From Octopus vulgaris (lineage: Eukaryota), in assembly GCA_951406725.2 (NCBI GenBank), contig OX597820.1:71982001-72046000 (forward strand): a stretch of DNA of 64,000 bases, given 5' to 3'. This document shows positions 26,031 to 39,875 of this stretch, one piece after another (position 1 is the stretch's first letter; the number at the start of each line of letters is the position of its first letter). The position numbers and the translations under genes are program-made. The notes beneath the pieces were generated by a model. The model had not been told where the DNA came from. It was given only the letters and a program-made list of their open reading frames with translations, and did not search any database.

Positions 26031-28148
26031 ATGCTACCTACCGCAGTTCACTTAGCTAGTATGAAAGATAAAATAACTTTGTGGTCATAGTGTTAATTGT
26101 GGGAAAATATTAATCTAATTTTATTTGATAGACATCTATCATAAAATGTATGTTGACATTTTGTTTTGCACTCTACTCACATTTAAATAATATCCATCCA
26201 TTAATGGATGCTTTTACTTGACCTACAAGATATTCTAATAGCAGAATTTAATTGTTACTTTATCAGCCACGTCTTCATTACAAATACAAATCAGATTTTT
26301 TTCAGCATTAATTCAATGCTTTATTAGCTTTATATTTATTATTGTCATCAAGTTTATACCCAATATATAATGTAATTTAAAACTAATGAAAAGAATTGCA
26401 CTTAGTGTAACCATTAAGATTTTATAAATTATTGTCTCATCTGATATAACCAGTTAGTTTTAATTCAATTAACCTTCAAATAAAACTTTAATAGTGTGAG
26501 AAGTAATTATTAGGTATGTTTCCTTTTTAATCTAACCTCTAAGTATTTACCATCAATAAACGTTATGGAAATATAAAATATACTTGAAATTGATAAAATG
26601 ACTTTTGTACTTTTTAAATGAATAAAATCTCAAGATCTAGTATAGAAGGCTCTATTTAGAATATATAGCTAGTGTAGGATCAGATTTTAATAGGAAATGA
26701 CACAGTATCAGAAGAAAAAATGCTCTGTCAATTAGAAGTCAAGCAGAGCTTTTTGTTAAGATTCCAGAATTTTTTTTTTTTCCATTTTGAACTGCCAGCA
26801 AAAACTCACTTTTATTGGGAGAACAAAAGAATATTGATCTTGATAGGGTATTGAATAGTAGAGAAGGCACTTCCAGCTGAATGAATATATTTATTTAGTA
26901 CACTGAAAGGGAGAAAATTATATTTAAAAAAAAATCATCTTAATACTTAAAGCAGCTGACTTTCTGACAAGATACATTTCATTCATTGAGTAAACAAGTT
27001 TCAAGTTGATCAATCCATGTTACTTTAAATAGGAACAGCCACACTGGCATTGAAAATTCCCAATTGGAAACTTGGTCAATCAGTTCTTAATATACTTTAA
27101 GACAGGCTGCTTTGGTCTATCTATATTCCTTTAAAATAAATGAGCTCAACACATCACAATTGTAAATTGATCTTTTCAGACATAATTATCTTTATGCATA
27201 AGTGTCAGAGAGGAGGGATAAAGAAAAACGAGAGTTAGAAAATAAAGAATTTTTATATATACATCTTTTTTTTTATATATATATTTTGTGAAAAAAGTAA
27301 CTATGTTCTAAGCAGAAAGAAAATTGTAGGATTACTGATAACATTTTCAAATAGAATTCATTAAAAAATTAATGAAAGACAAGCTTTAGAATCTTGCCAA
27401 AATTTATCAATATTTTAGTGTGTTTAGTTTTAATTAAGAATTGCTGTCTTAAAGGAAAATATTCTTTTAATTAGATTTTTTTTTTATTTTTAAAAGTGTC
27501 AATTACATTTTGATAAAATAAAATTAATCAATTTTTTTCTATTCCAGTTTCTGACAAATCAAGTGTTGTTAAATATGCATAACAAGATATTGTTAATTAC
27601 CTCCTTTTTTATTAAGTAAGTCACTAGTAGAGTATAAGTAAAGTATTTTGAAATGATAAGGTACACTTTGTATGCATGAATGTTGCCATTTTTTTTTATA
27701 ACAAACTGATGTAACATTGTCACCAGACTCAGAACTCTCTTCTCTATGCTATGTTGGTGTTGTTTTAGAGCAGCTGTTGTGTAATCTCAGATCAACCCTG
27801 ATGAAGCAAACCTATAGTGTGCAGGTGGTTGGCCAAATATCTAGGAGCTGTCCACAGATGCATATATGATGCTGTTACATAGCTGTGGAATATACTACAC
27901 TATACTGCACATTCTGGTATACATTGGTTAATTATATGTGGTGCAGTATTACAGTCTATGTTGTCCTATTTTCACTGTCCACTCTGTTTCCACTTGTCTA
28001 GCTTTTGTTGCTTATCATGACACAGATGAACAAAGTGAACTCAATCTGAATGAGATAGATGCTTTGCCTCTGCACTCAGAATTTGTAATATGCATACCAG
28101 CACAGTGTTTGAGGTTAATGACTGTATTGATACATGATGCTACTGATA

Positions 28149-28181
<33 letters not shown>

Positions 28182-28887
28182 ATGCGTGTGTGCATGTGTG
28201 TGTGTGTGTGTGTGCATGCGTGTGTGCATGTGTGTGTGTTCTTTCTGTTTCTTGATTGAATGGGTTTAGTATTCTTACGATAGAATTGTAGTAGTGGTCT
28301 GCAGTGGGTTTTTTTTTCTTGTGTCAGTATATTTGGAGAGCATCGATTATGTATATAGTAGCAAGGATTGTGAGAGCTGTTGGTACCGTAGATGGGTTGT
28401 GTTGCCTGGGTCACGCGGAACTGAACTTTTGGTTGTTGAGCCATAACGCAATTACAGACAATCTCTTAATATGAGATTAATAGAAAAATATCATATTCTG
28501 GAGGAAGTGAAGCATGGCAAGTTTGAAGAAGTGCTGAAAGAGAGGAACAGAGAGCATGAGAGGGAGAGAGAGAGAGAGAGGGAGAGAGAAAGAGAGAGAG
28601 AGAGAGAGAAGAGAAGTGATACAGAAGCAAAAGGAGAAAAGAGCAAACATAGAGTAAGAGTGTTGCTCTTAGTTCAAATCCCACCAAAGTTACTTGAATG
28701 TTTCATCCTTATGTGGTTGATGAAGTAGTTCAGTATGGGACCTGATTCTTCCTCTCTCTCTCTTTCTTGTTACCTCTCCCTATTTCAGTGATTCTCAACC
28801 ATTTTCTTACTTATGGACCACTTTAGTTTTTGTTTTATTTGGATGGACCCTTGTAGCCGTTCACTGTTTAAAAAATCCTATTATGTA

Positions 28888-29046
28888 GGTACAAGCATGG
28901 CTGTGTGGTAAGAAGCTTGCATACCAAACACGTACTTCAGGGTTTAGTCTTACTGTGTGGCACCTTGAGAAAGTGTCTCCTACTATAACCTTGAACCAAC
29001 CAAAACCTTGTGAGTGGATTTGATGGATGGAAACTGAAAGAAGCCT
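28888..29046 (+). mobile_element. SINE family A head (its tail probably lies at ~30860-31084)
   Basis: gcatggctgtgtggtaagaagcttgc...ggaaactgaaagaagcc. The cluster has two heads and two tails. Confidence 0.8.
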
Positions 29047-30257
29047 TGTTTTTTATGATCTCATTCTCATTTTGTTCATATTTTTTTGATGTCCTGTACA
29101 CATATATATCTATTATATAAAATCCGTTCTGTCTGTCTGTGAATGTGTCTTCTAGGATCTTGGGCATCCTCCATCCGATTGCACTCAAATTTGATATATA
29201 GATAACGACGGTATCAGGACGTGTATAAGTCTTGAAAAAATTACAAAAACCCATTCTAGGTGAGAATGCAATCGATAAAGCCATGGGAACATGCATTTGT
29301 AAAATCGTTTTTTTTTTGGAATAGAAAAGAAGTCTATCTTTATTTCTTCTTTTGCAGGTGTCTCACATTTAGGTTAAATCAGTGTTTCTCAAAGGGGAGA
29401 CCTATGGGACGGTTGGACAAGTTGTTTTGAGAAAATTTGGTTTAAATGTTTGACAACTCAGTACCATCCATTGGACGGGGGGGGGACGTTTTGCTCGTAC
29501 ATATATATGTAGGTATGTACATATATGTATGTATATATATATGCATATATTTATATATTATTTATATTATTATATGATAGAATGCCACACATCCATTTCC
29601 AAGTAGATTTTATCTTAATAATTCCAATGTGCACTCAACATCCTATCTCTATCCTTTCTATTTATCTCCCTCTCTTGTTCTTCTTCTTTCCTGTTTTTCT
29701 CTCTCACCCTTTCCCTATTCTTCTCCTCTCCCCTTCACCGTTCCCTCTCTCTCTCTCTCTCTCTCTATCTATCTTCCTCCTTGACTCTCTCGTTGCTCAC
29801 ATGTGACCAATGGCTATCTGTCTTTCTTGTTCACCACTTCACCTTGTCTTGGCTTGGCAACCTTCACTGTTTTCTTTTTACTGTTTTGTTCTTACTGTTC
29901 GGTTTTTGTTACCACTTTAACCCTCCACAAAAAATCCCAAATTTTATTTAATTTGCTTTGCGGGAAGGACTGTTTTAATGAAGTCATGTCTTGTCCCTAC
30001 CTTCAAAACGTGGAGTAGATAAAACAGGAGACAGCTAATGAATGGAATGTTCTTTATGTTGCATATCTCGTTTTTCTATTTGTTTCATTTGTTGTTCGAA
30101 AGGATGTTCATTCTCTATGTTTTTGTTTTTTATGTTCTCGTTTCTCATTTTGTTCACATTTTTTTATGTCCTGTACCCATATATGCATGTATATATACAT
30201 ATATATGTAGGTATGTACATATATGTATATATGCATGTATTTATATATTATTTATAT

Positions 30258-30265
<8 letters not shown>
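29047..30265 (+). repeat. Element with direct terminal repeats (possible Penelope tandem pLTR remnant)
   Basis: 29047-29105 joined to 29500-29570 matches 30121-30262 (ttctcattttgttca...tgtcctgtac...gtaggtatgtacatat...tttatatattatttatattat). The Penelope assignment is inference. Confidence 0.55.
29109..29497 (+). mobile_element. Probable non-autonomous Helitron
   Basis: 5' A|TCTATTATATAAAATCCGTTCTGTCTGTCTG (Helitron-type TC start with (CTGT)n); 3' end gctcg|t resembles a decayed CTAG|T; it splits the left direct repeat with no evident TSD. Confidence 0.55.
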
Positions 30266-30294
<29 letters not shown>

Positions 30295-30297
<3 letters not shown>

Positions 30298-30457
30298 TGC
30301 AGAAGTGGCTGTGTGGTTAGTAGCTTGCTTACCAACCACATGGTTCCGAGGTCAGACCCACTGTGTGGCACCTTGGGCAAGTGTCTTCTACTATAGCCTC
30401 GGGCTAACCAAAGCCTGGTGAGTGGATTTGGCAGACAGAAATTGAAAGAAGCCTGTC

Positions 30458-30494
<37 letters not shown>

Positions 30495-30857
30495 TATATA
30501 TACAGTAGTACCTCAGTTTACGAATGCCTCTGATCATGAAAAAATCAGGCTTTATATATATCTATAACAATATCTATATATATAAAGCACAATTTATTCA
30601 TGATCAAAAATGTTTGAAAACCGAGGTACAACTATATATATAGGTGTGTGTGTATGTTTGTGTGTCTGTGTTTGTCTCCCCACTATCACTTCATAACTGA
30701 TGATAGTGTGTTTACATCCCCATAACTTAGTGGTTTGGCAAAAGAGACTGAAAGAATAAGTACTAAGCTTACAAAGAATAAGTCCTGGGGTTGATTTGTT
30801 CAATGAAAGGTGGTGCTCCAGCATAGCCAGTCAAATTACTGAAACAAATAAAAGAAT
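30295..30857 (+). mobile_element. SINE family A with a MITE in its internal (TA)n
   Basis: Head 30295-30460 and tail 30645-30857 homologous to the copy at 5200. Confidence 0.85.
30503..30634. mobile_element. pogo/Tigger-like MITE
   Basis: TA-flanked TIRs cagtagtacctcagttt ... aaaccgaggtacaacta, with internal inverted tgatcatgaa / ttcatgatca. Confidence 0.7.
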
Positions 30858-31864
30858 ATGTGTATGTGTGCCTTTATTGCTATGTTTGTCCCACCACCGC
30901 TTGACAACTGGTGCTGGTGGGTTTACATCACCGTAACTTAGCAGTTCAGCAAAAGAGACTGAAAGAATAAGTTCCAGGCTTAAAAAAAAAGTACTGGAGT
31001 CGATACATTCGATTAAAAATTCTGCAAGGTGGTGCTCCAGTATGGCCACAGTCTAATGACTGAAACAAGTAAAAGATAAAAGATATTTCTATGATTGAAT
31101 ATCATTAGGAATTGTATAAGAAATTGCTAAAATATTTGGCATATCATAGAAGTATAACAAATTCAATTAACACAAATCTGAAAAACAAAGTCAAATACGA
31201 ACCCCTGTTGAGAACCACCACCCTATCTCTTCCTGACTTTCTCACTCAATAAAGAGAAAGTTTAGCCATTATTCAGAGGTTTATGAGTAAGGTAATAATG
31301 GCGGTGGCAGCTGCTACAGCTGCTAAGATATGTCAAATGGAGTAAGCAATGATTTTAAAATTATCTAGTTTCAAGAATGTGTCTTTCAAACAAATAAAAC
31401 TGATCTATGGAAAGTGAAAGTTAAAAATAGAAAGTGTCTAAAAAAATGGCCAATGAAGACAAAAGAGATGAGTTTTTGTGGAACAATAGAAGACCTGTTC
31501 ATAGCATGGAGTAAGGGAAAAGGTGTTGTGTGTTCTTTTGAGTTGATTTAGCTGTGAGGTCAAGAGATTTGAACATTTATATAAACGTTTGTATGGAAAC
31601 AAAAATCATTGTTGTGTATTATTTCTGTTAGTGGATATAAATATATATACATACACTCACATGTTTGTGTGTGTTTATATGTCTCTATGTATGTATATAT
31701 CATCATCATCATCATCATTTAGCATCCATTTTCCATGCTGGCATGAGTTGATATATATGTGTATGTATATATGTGTGTATGTGTGTGTGCACATATGTAT
31801 ATGATGATGATATATGTATGTATGCATATACACATATTTAAGTATGTATACACGCGTGTGTGTG

Positions 31865-32250
<386 letters not shown>

Positions 32251-32803
32251 ATGCTTATATACAGATTTGTGTTTATATTTATTGCTATAAGAAGATCCAT
32301 GCAGCCCCTCCCAGACTGGGCAATGATGCTTTTAATGTTGTTTAAACTGTTACATGTCAACACCTGCCGGAAAGATATGATTGGAGAGGGGTAGATTCCA
32401 GTGAGCACATGCGCAGGGGATGAAGGACTGGGTATGCAAGTTAATGGGTGGGGAGGTAGAGGCCAAAGCACCAAGGATGCTAAGAGATGGTGAGATGAGT
32501 GGGCTAGTCATGCTGGAGTAGGAGAGGCATGTGTTTGTGTGTGTGTGTGAGTTTGTGAGTTTGTGTGTGTGTATATATACATATACATATACACACACAC
32601 AAATATATGTATGTACGTATGCATGTATGTTTATGTTCCAAATTAAAGTTATCACTACTATGTGTGTGTTAGTATCTGAGTATTGTTTTTACAAAGGGAA
32701 GTTTTGTCTATGTAGACCTCAATGCACTATGACAGATGTATAGCTGAAACTTTGAAATAACAGTCAACCTTTCCCTTATGCAGACAATATATTTATATAT
32801 ATG

Positions 32804-32871
<68 letters not shown>

Positions 32872-33421
32872 CTTTTTTACAAGTTATTGTGTGGTAACTT
32901 GTAAATTTAATGTTTTACTGCTTTTATATATACCTATAGAGGAAAAAAGCATTAGCATATTTGTATATATATAAGTTGACCTGTATCCAGTATTATTTGT
33001 TTAAGTATGGCTTACTCACTTTGTTATCTCATACCTGCTATCATAATTCTGTTTTGTATATTTTCTAATTTTCTATCTTCTTCAGTAGCTTTATACATAT
33101 TTTCCATAACTTCCATAACCTTTATACCATTGTATTTTTATATCAAATTATATCATATTATATTACGTTCACATTGTATTATATAATATTTCATTTTAAT
33201 ATATTCTTCATTTTGTTATTTCATTAGATTACATTGTTAAATTCCTCCCTGTATATCTTACCCACTCACAAACAAATGCCAACCCTGCCATCTGTAACAT
33301 GTTTATGAATAAAGAATTTTCCAAAAGCCATGTGGAATCCAATATCTACAAGCTCATGCATCCTCCACTGTCGCCCTACATAGATATTAGCTCCATGACA
33401 AATGTGACACCTATTACATTA

Positions 33422-34140
33422 CAGTCAAACATTGTTTATCTGAAAATCAATTATCCAAATTGCCGTTTATCTGAACAAGCTCTCCAGGACCCTTGAATAT
33501 TTAATTAGCTGTACTGCATGTAACCCAAAGTCTAGAATCATACTGGTGTTAACATCTCATCTTTTGTTTATTGTGATTAAAAGTGAATTCAAATTACTGG
33601 AGAGCATGAATAAATGTTACAGCAACAATGATGTCTTTTGTTTACAGTTGTTGAGGATAACTTGTGTCAGACTATCTGACAGTTGATCTATGTTTGATCT
33701 TATAGTTTTATCTTATAGTTAGTCACATTAAACAGTTAAAATGATTGTAACTCATAAAAATAACTGACATGCTGAAAGAATTTATAGCATGGCAAATCAA
33801 TGGTTACTGCGTCAGTTTGTGACTTTGTTCTAAGTACATATCTGTTATAAGTAATTGAGGTTGTTGCCATGTCTGTGAAGAGAAAGCAAACACCATTGAC
33901 AATCAAACAGAAAAGTGAGATTTTTACAGCTTCTGGATCATAGTGAAAAGAACCACAAAGACTACACAAGGATACACCATTTTATTGATTGAATGCCATA
34001 AAGCTCTGTAAGCATGCTTTTTTACATAATTATGTTTAGCTTGTTTTCTTTTGTTTATGATCATAGCAATTATCTGAACAATCAGTTATCAGCTCAAAAT
34101 ACTCCCCACCAATCCTTTCTGGATGATTGAGGTTTAACTG
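33422..34140. mobile_element. Old pogo/Tigger-like non-autonomous element
   Basis: TA|cagtcaaacattgtttatctgaa ... ggatgattgaggtttaactg|TA; repeated subterminal ttatc motifs. Confidence 0.55.
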
Positions 34141-34832
34141 TATTAGACATAAACTCTACAACCTATGTGTACATTTCATGTGGATGTGTTATGGAAGTTG
34201 ATTCAATATTGGATATGACCATTGCTTGTTAATGAACAGCAAAGCAAATATGACTTGTCATCTCAGTTGATGAACTTTCATGCTATATATAAATTATGTA
34301 TCTGTGTGTACATGCACATACCTACACACACATACACGCACACATCCATACACACACATACATATATATCGCTTCTGTCATTTGTATCAACCAAACTACT
34401 GGATGTTGTTATTAAGCACCAGTCATAATCCGCTTTCAATTCTGTCTTGGTTGTGCCATTCTTTTCCATCTTGACCTAAATCATTTTACTAAATCATCTT
34501 TCTATTGCCATGGAAGCCTTCCAAGTGATTTTACCAATCTCTTGGATATCATTAAGCAACTGCATGGGTCCATATGTTGTCTGTGAATTTTGCAACATGA
34601 TTGGCTGAGAAGAACTTGCGCATTCTGCAATCATGTTGTCCGCTCTGCTTCATTCTTGAATCATCTCATTTCATATATGCTCTTGTAATGATATTGTGTG
34701 TGTGTACACCATTGACAATCAAACAGAAAAGTGACAGACACAAGCATAGCTATGTGGTTAAGAAATTTACTTCCCAACTACATGGTTTCAGTTTCGGTCT
34801 GGCTGTGTAGCACCTTGTGCAAGTGTTCTCTA

Positions 34833-35117
34833 CTCCTCGACAGATTCCTAATATAAATTCTGAACCCTTTATTTTATACCCTCACTTTTATTTGGAAACA
34901 AATATGCATACCTACCATGTCAAGCTGTACATATAAACTAAGAACAAAGAATTGAAGAAAAGGACACATTGTCTCCTTATGTCCAGATGAACATGCATAT
35001 TCCATCATAGAAATGCTACACTGTACACTTTTCTTTAAAAAAAATGAAAATGCAATCAAATACATATAAAAAATTGTCTCCTTTGAAAGGAGGATTACCA
35101 GGCAGACCATCGAGAAG
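34833..35117. mobile_element. Possible TA-flanked MITE inserted at the end of a SINE A head
   Basis: Imperfect TIRs ta|ctcctcgacag ... ccatcgagaag|ta. Confidence 0.4.
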
Positions 35118-35419
35118 TAAAATCATTTAATCTTGTCTGGATTACATTGCTTTCCACATTCCAAACCACACCCTCAGATAATTGCCACTCCAACAATCAA
35201 ATTCTAACCACAGAATCCCATTGATTTTCCTATTTATGTTTCTAGGCATGTCTTGAGTGATGATGGTAGGTGTCTCAGTTAAATAACTTTCTGTTGTAGT
35301 GGTTGTTTTGGAAATTCTTAGGTATAAGGCTTGTGAATGTTTAGTAAAATTGGACTTAGCATTTAAGAAAGAGGGAATTGTGAAATACAGGTGTATATAA
35401 CTGTTACAGTTATACAAAA

Positions 35420-35937
35420 AGGAAATCAAATCAAAATCGCTGCGTGGCCGATGACAGTGCTGCCAGTGGAACGTTAAAAGCACATCTGAGTGTGATTATT
35501 GCCAGGACCACGGATTGGCTCCCGTGACGGTGGTACGAAAAAAGCACCATCCGAGCATGATCGTTGCCAGCATTGCCTGACCAGCACATGTGCCAGTGGT
35601 ACGTAAAAAGCAACATTCGAGTGTGGTCGTTGCCAGTGCTGCCAGACTGGCTCCCACACAGGTAGCACATAAAAAACACCTTTTGAGCATGGTTGTTGCC
35701 AGAACCGCCTGACTGGCCCTCATGCTGGTGGCATATAAAAGCACCCACTACACTCTCAGGGTGGTTGGCATTAAGAAGGGCATCCAGCTGTAGGAACTTT
35801 GCCAGACCAGATTTGAGCCTTGTGCAGCCTTCTGGCTCACCAGTCCTCAATCAAACCATCAAACACATGCCAGCATTGAAAGCATATGTTAAACGAAGAC
35901 AATGACAACGATGATGATAATGATTATGAGGATGAGG

Positions 35938-35969
<32 letters not shown>

Positions 35970-35975
35970 GATGAT
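35420..35975 (+). mobile_element. RTE 3' UTR fragment with about five tandem units and a (GAT)n tail
   Basis: Recurring gtgg(c/t)acgtaaaaagca motif, ggttggcattaagaagggcatccagctgtag, (GAT)n. Confidence 0.8.
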
Positions 35976-37443
35976 GAAGAGGAAAGAAAAAGGGGAAACA
36001 TTAAGGGGCATATTTATTGACAGTGCAAGGAAAACTTTCCTTTATTATCTTTTAGTCAGGATGAAAGCCAGTGTTTATTGTTCATAACAGATTAAATTGG
36101 AGAAAGAGGAAAGTGTCTTCAAATAGGAAACCTTGCCTAAAAACTTACAACAGAATGGATTCTGCCAAAATCCCCGAAGGTGCCAGGTAGTGGTATTAAA
36201 CTGGATGGTAGCCATACCATCTTAAGGCAATAGCACACTGGGCAGATTTAGAGGCCGAATTCTAATCTATGTATGTTATGGCTTGTTATCCATAAATATA
36301 TTCTGTTGGGCCCAGTAAACTGATTTGTCCAGGGGCCATCTTGCTTCTAAGGTAGCTCTGGATGGTAGATTAAGCCTACCACCTAAGTAGCCATGACAGG
36401 ATTTGAACTCAAAACACCAGAACAAATACCATGAAGCACTCAGTCCGGTGATAATACAGTTCCACCAATGCACCACTTTGGATTGGTAGGTTTTTGTTCC
36501 CAAAAGGACAAAAGGTAAATTTGATCATGGCAGGGGTTAAATGCAACACAGAGAGTTGAAACAAATATTGCAAAACATTCTGTCCAACACATGAACAATT
36601 CTACCAATTCACTAGCTGATCATTGCTTGAATAAAAGATGTTAAAACACAATAAAGTCAAAATGCTTACAAGATTCTACATACAAATAGAAGTTAATTTT
36701 CCAATTATGAGAAAAATCAGTTTTCTAATCATTTTCAGCCTTGTAATAGTTCTCAGTCTCTTGTGCAATATTTCTGGAGAACACTTAATTATGAATGGTG
36801 GTGGTGGTGGTGGTGGGGAGTATTTTCAAGAATGAAAGGAAAAGAAACAAATAGCAAAGAGGAGAGATACCTATATATTGGTAGTACAGAAAAAAAAAGC
36901 TGATTACCATTTAAATAAATAAACAAAACAATAAATAGAATGAATAAAATAAAATGAATATGTTCACATGATTCAGTTGATAAATTTGAGTATTTTTTTT
37001 TCCAATAATGAGAAAAGACAAGAGAAGACAAAGCAGTTTAGTAATAGTTTTCAATCTGATTTGAAATATCTTTGAGCAACACTTAGCTACTTCAGAATTT
37101 ATGACGCAAGATATATGTTAGAAAGGAGAACTCTAAACAGTCATACATCATCATCATTGTCTTTTTAAATGTCTGTCTTTCATTCTGGCATTTGTTGGGC
37201 AGCTTCACAGGGTCTGATAGGTTCAAGGACCACATGCCCCAGTGTCTGCTTTGACAAGATTTCTATGGTTAGATGCTCTTCCTAACATCATCCACTTTAC
37301 AGAATGTGCACGATGCACTTTTCATCACATTAGTGAGATTGCCATGTGACTTGCAAGAGCAGCTGCAACAGAAATGAAGGTAGCTTTATGCTATTTGATG
37401 GGAGGTTAAAGTATGAAAGTAGAGACTGAGACAAGTTTCTGGC

Positions 37444-37510
<67 letters not shown>

Positions 37511-37772
37511 GCCACCTACACTTTATATATATATATATATATATATATCCAAACATGATCGATGCCAGAGCCCCCTGACTGGCTCCTGTGCCAGTGGAAC
37601 ATAAAAAACAAACACTACACTCTTGGAGTGGTTGGCATTAAGAAGGGCATCCAGCTATAGAAATATTGCCTGATCAGATTGGAGCGTAGTGCAGTCGCTG
37701 GCTTTCCAGACCTCAGCCAAACTGTCCAACCCATGCCAGCATGGAAAACGGACGTTAAATGATGATGATGAT

Positions 37773-37805
<33 letters not shown>

Positions 37806-38026
37806 ATAGCTAGTTGTAAAATCTTATGCAAAGATCAGACTAGTAACTATACTAAAAAGTTAAATCAGTCACCACATCAAAGTAGGTGTTCTGTGTTACT
37901 ATTAGTTTAACCACAGGCAGATACTTCATTAGCTAGTTATAGGCGCGACATTGCACCCCTTATATACAATATATATTATCAGGGGGAGCGAACTCCTACT
38001 ACCCTCTAGCAAGTAACAGGATTGCA

Positions 38027-38059
38027 AAACCGACTCAGTTTCGAGCTATTTGACTCATC
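38027..38059 (-). ncRNA. 5'-truncated hammerhead-like motif
   Basis: Minus strand GATGAG-tcaaatag-CTC-GAAAC-TGA-GTC-ggtt. The CU of CUGAUGA and the 5' strand of stem I are lost at the microsatellite junction. Confidence 0.45.
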
Positions 38060-38159
38060 CTATATGTGTGTATATATGTGTGTGTGTGTATTTATATGTA
38101 TACTTACACACTCATGCACACACACACACACACACATGTTTTCATATATACATGTGCAC

Positions 38160-38205
<46 letters not shown>

Positions 38206-38259
38206 AACAAATTTCACATAGACATATATTTCCCTTTCAAAGGAAAATATATGTCTATA

Positions 38260-38897
38260 TGGGGACCTTTGGAAATATGCTGTGCTTAAGAAGACTTGGC
38301 AAGTGCAAGTGAGACCATAACCTTGTGGCCTATGCCAGGGATGTAACCAGTCCACTTATGAGTACCTTTCCTTCACTGGACACTAATACTCTGCTTGCGA
38401 AGACCTGTTGAGGCAAGTGAAATCGAAATCAAATTCAATGACTGGCATCCATGCTAGTGGACCACTAAGAATACCATACAAGCATGATCGTTGCCAGAGC
38501 AACAAGCTGGCCTCTGTGCTGATGGCACGTAAAAAACACCATTCAAGTGAGATCGTTACCTGCGTCGCCTTACTGGCACTTGTGCTGGTGGCACAGGAAA
38601 AAACATTCAAGCGAGGTTGATGCCAGTGCCGCTGGACTGGCTCCCGCGCAAATAGTGCATAAAAAGCACCATTTGAGCGTGGCCATTGCCAGTACCGCCT
38701 GACTGGCCCTCATGCCAGTGGCACGTAAAAGCACCCACGACACTCTTGTAGTGGTTGGTGTTAGGAAGGGCATCCAGCTGTAGAAACTCTTCAGATCAGA
38801 TTGGAGTGTGGTGCAGCCATCTGGTTCGCCAGACCTCAGTCAAATCATCCAACCCATGCTAGCATGGAAAGCGGATGTTATACGATGATGATGATGA
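38260..38897 (+). mobile_element. RTE LINE 3' end
   Basis: GDLWKYAVLKKT ORF end (same family as 18816-18900), VNTR 3' UTR, (GAT)n tail. Confidence 0.8.
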
Positions 38898-39519
38898 TAA
38901 TTTCCCTTGCAAACTCCTGGCTCCATCAAAGGTGGATAGAGTAACTCTTCTTTCACAGAAGTGAATTATTGCCCCTTGACAATTAGCGCTTTTTGACTTG
39001 CTGTAGCATGGGCAAAACAAAGCACATAAAGGTACTCCCAGGTGTATGATAGAATTAAAGACCAATTAACTCACCTTACGTTGAAAATATCATAAGGCAA
39101 TATGAAAGTACATATACATATGCTTTTGCATATGTATATACTAGGGACATGCTGCTTGGGTAGGCAAGGTAGGCAGTGCCTATCCTGATGGCAAAATATG
39201 CACCTAATTCAATAAAATTATGAAGGTTCCTTTGAGTACCCTGCATAAAATACAAAATTCTTTTTCTTTATAGATAAAGTAGATATAATTCACCCCTGCC
39301 ATTCAATCTCAGTATTAGAGCTACACATAGGACTGCTGTAGCACATTTGCTGCATACATTCCTACATCAATGTTTCCTTTATGTGCTACAAAAGGCAGAA
39401 GTGAATCTGCCTACAACTCAGTCGCATGCCTGTGTTTCACTAATTTTTTGTGTTTTACTACGTAAACATCACCAACTGCCTACCCTGAGTAATTACTGAT
39501 GGCATGTGCCTGGTATATA

Positions 39520-39875
39520 CAGCTTCATGGAGGCAATCACTGAGACCATTGGCATTGTCGTGCTTGAGAAGAAGAACCATCAAGCCAAGCAAAATCGCAG
39601 TCATGGCTGATACTGGTGTTAGACAAAGTGGTACCCATGTTGGCAGCATGTAAAAGCACCCCGGTGTCATGCAAATGACACCTGTGCCAGTGGCACGTAA
39701 AAGCACCCATTACACTCTAGGAATGATTGGCATTAGGAAGGGCGTCCAGCCATAGAAAACCATGCCAAATCAGACTGGAGTCTCGTGGGGCCTTCCAGTG
39801 TGCCAGCCCGGTCAAACTGTCCAACCCATGCCAGCATGGACAACGGACGTTAAATGATGATGATGATGACGATGA
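39520..39875 (+). mobile_element. RTE-related 3' end or non-autonomous derivative
   Basis: gccagtggcacgtaaaagcacccattacactc...ggaagggcgtccagc...aacccatgccagcatgga...(GAT)n. Related copies near 37140, 37550, 43285, 44360 and 50415. Confidence 0.75.

Larger units (their letters stand above)
28786..31220. mobile_element. hAT MITE expanded by nested insertions
   Basis: Left TIR cagtgattctcaacc, right TIR gttgagaaccacca; 8-bp flanks ccctattt / ccctatct (7/8 match). Confidence 0.7.

Noticed and set aside
20400-27700. Repeat-poor AT-rich stretch scanned for host exons
   Set aside because: No ORF with a recognisable domain or convincing splice pair. Short or non-coding exons cannot be excluded without RNA-seq.
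39140-39490. Repeated gtaggca/tgcctac motifs suggesting a MITE
   Set aside because: I could not define TIR ends or a TSD.
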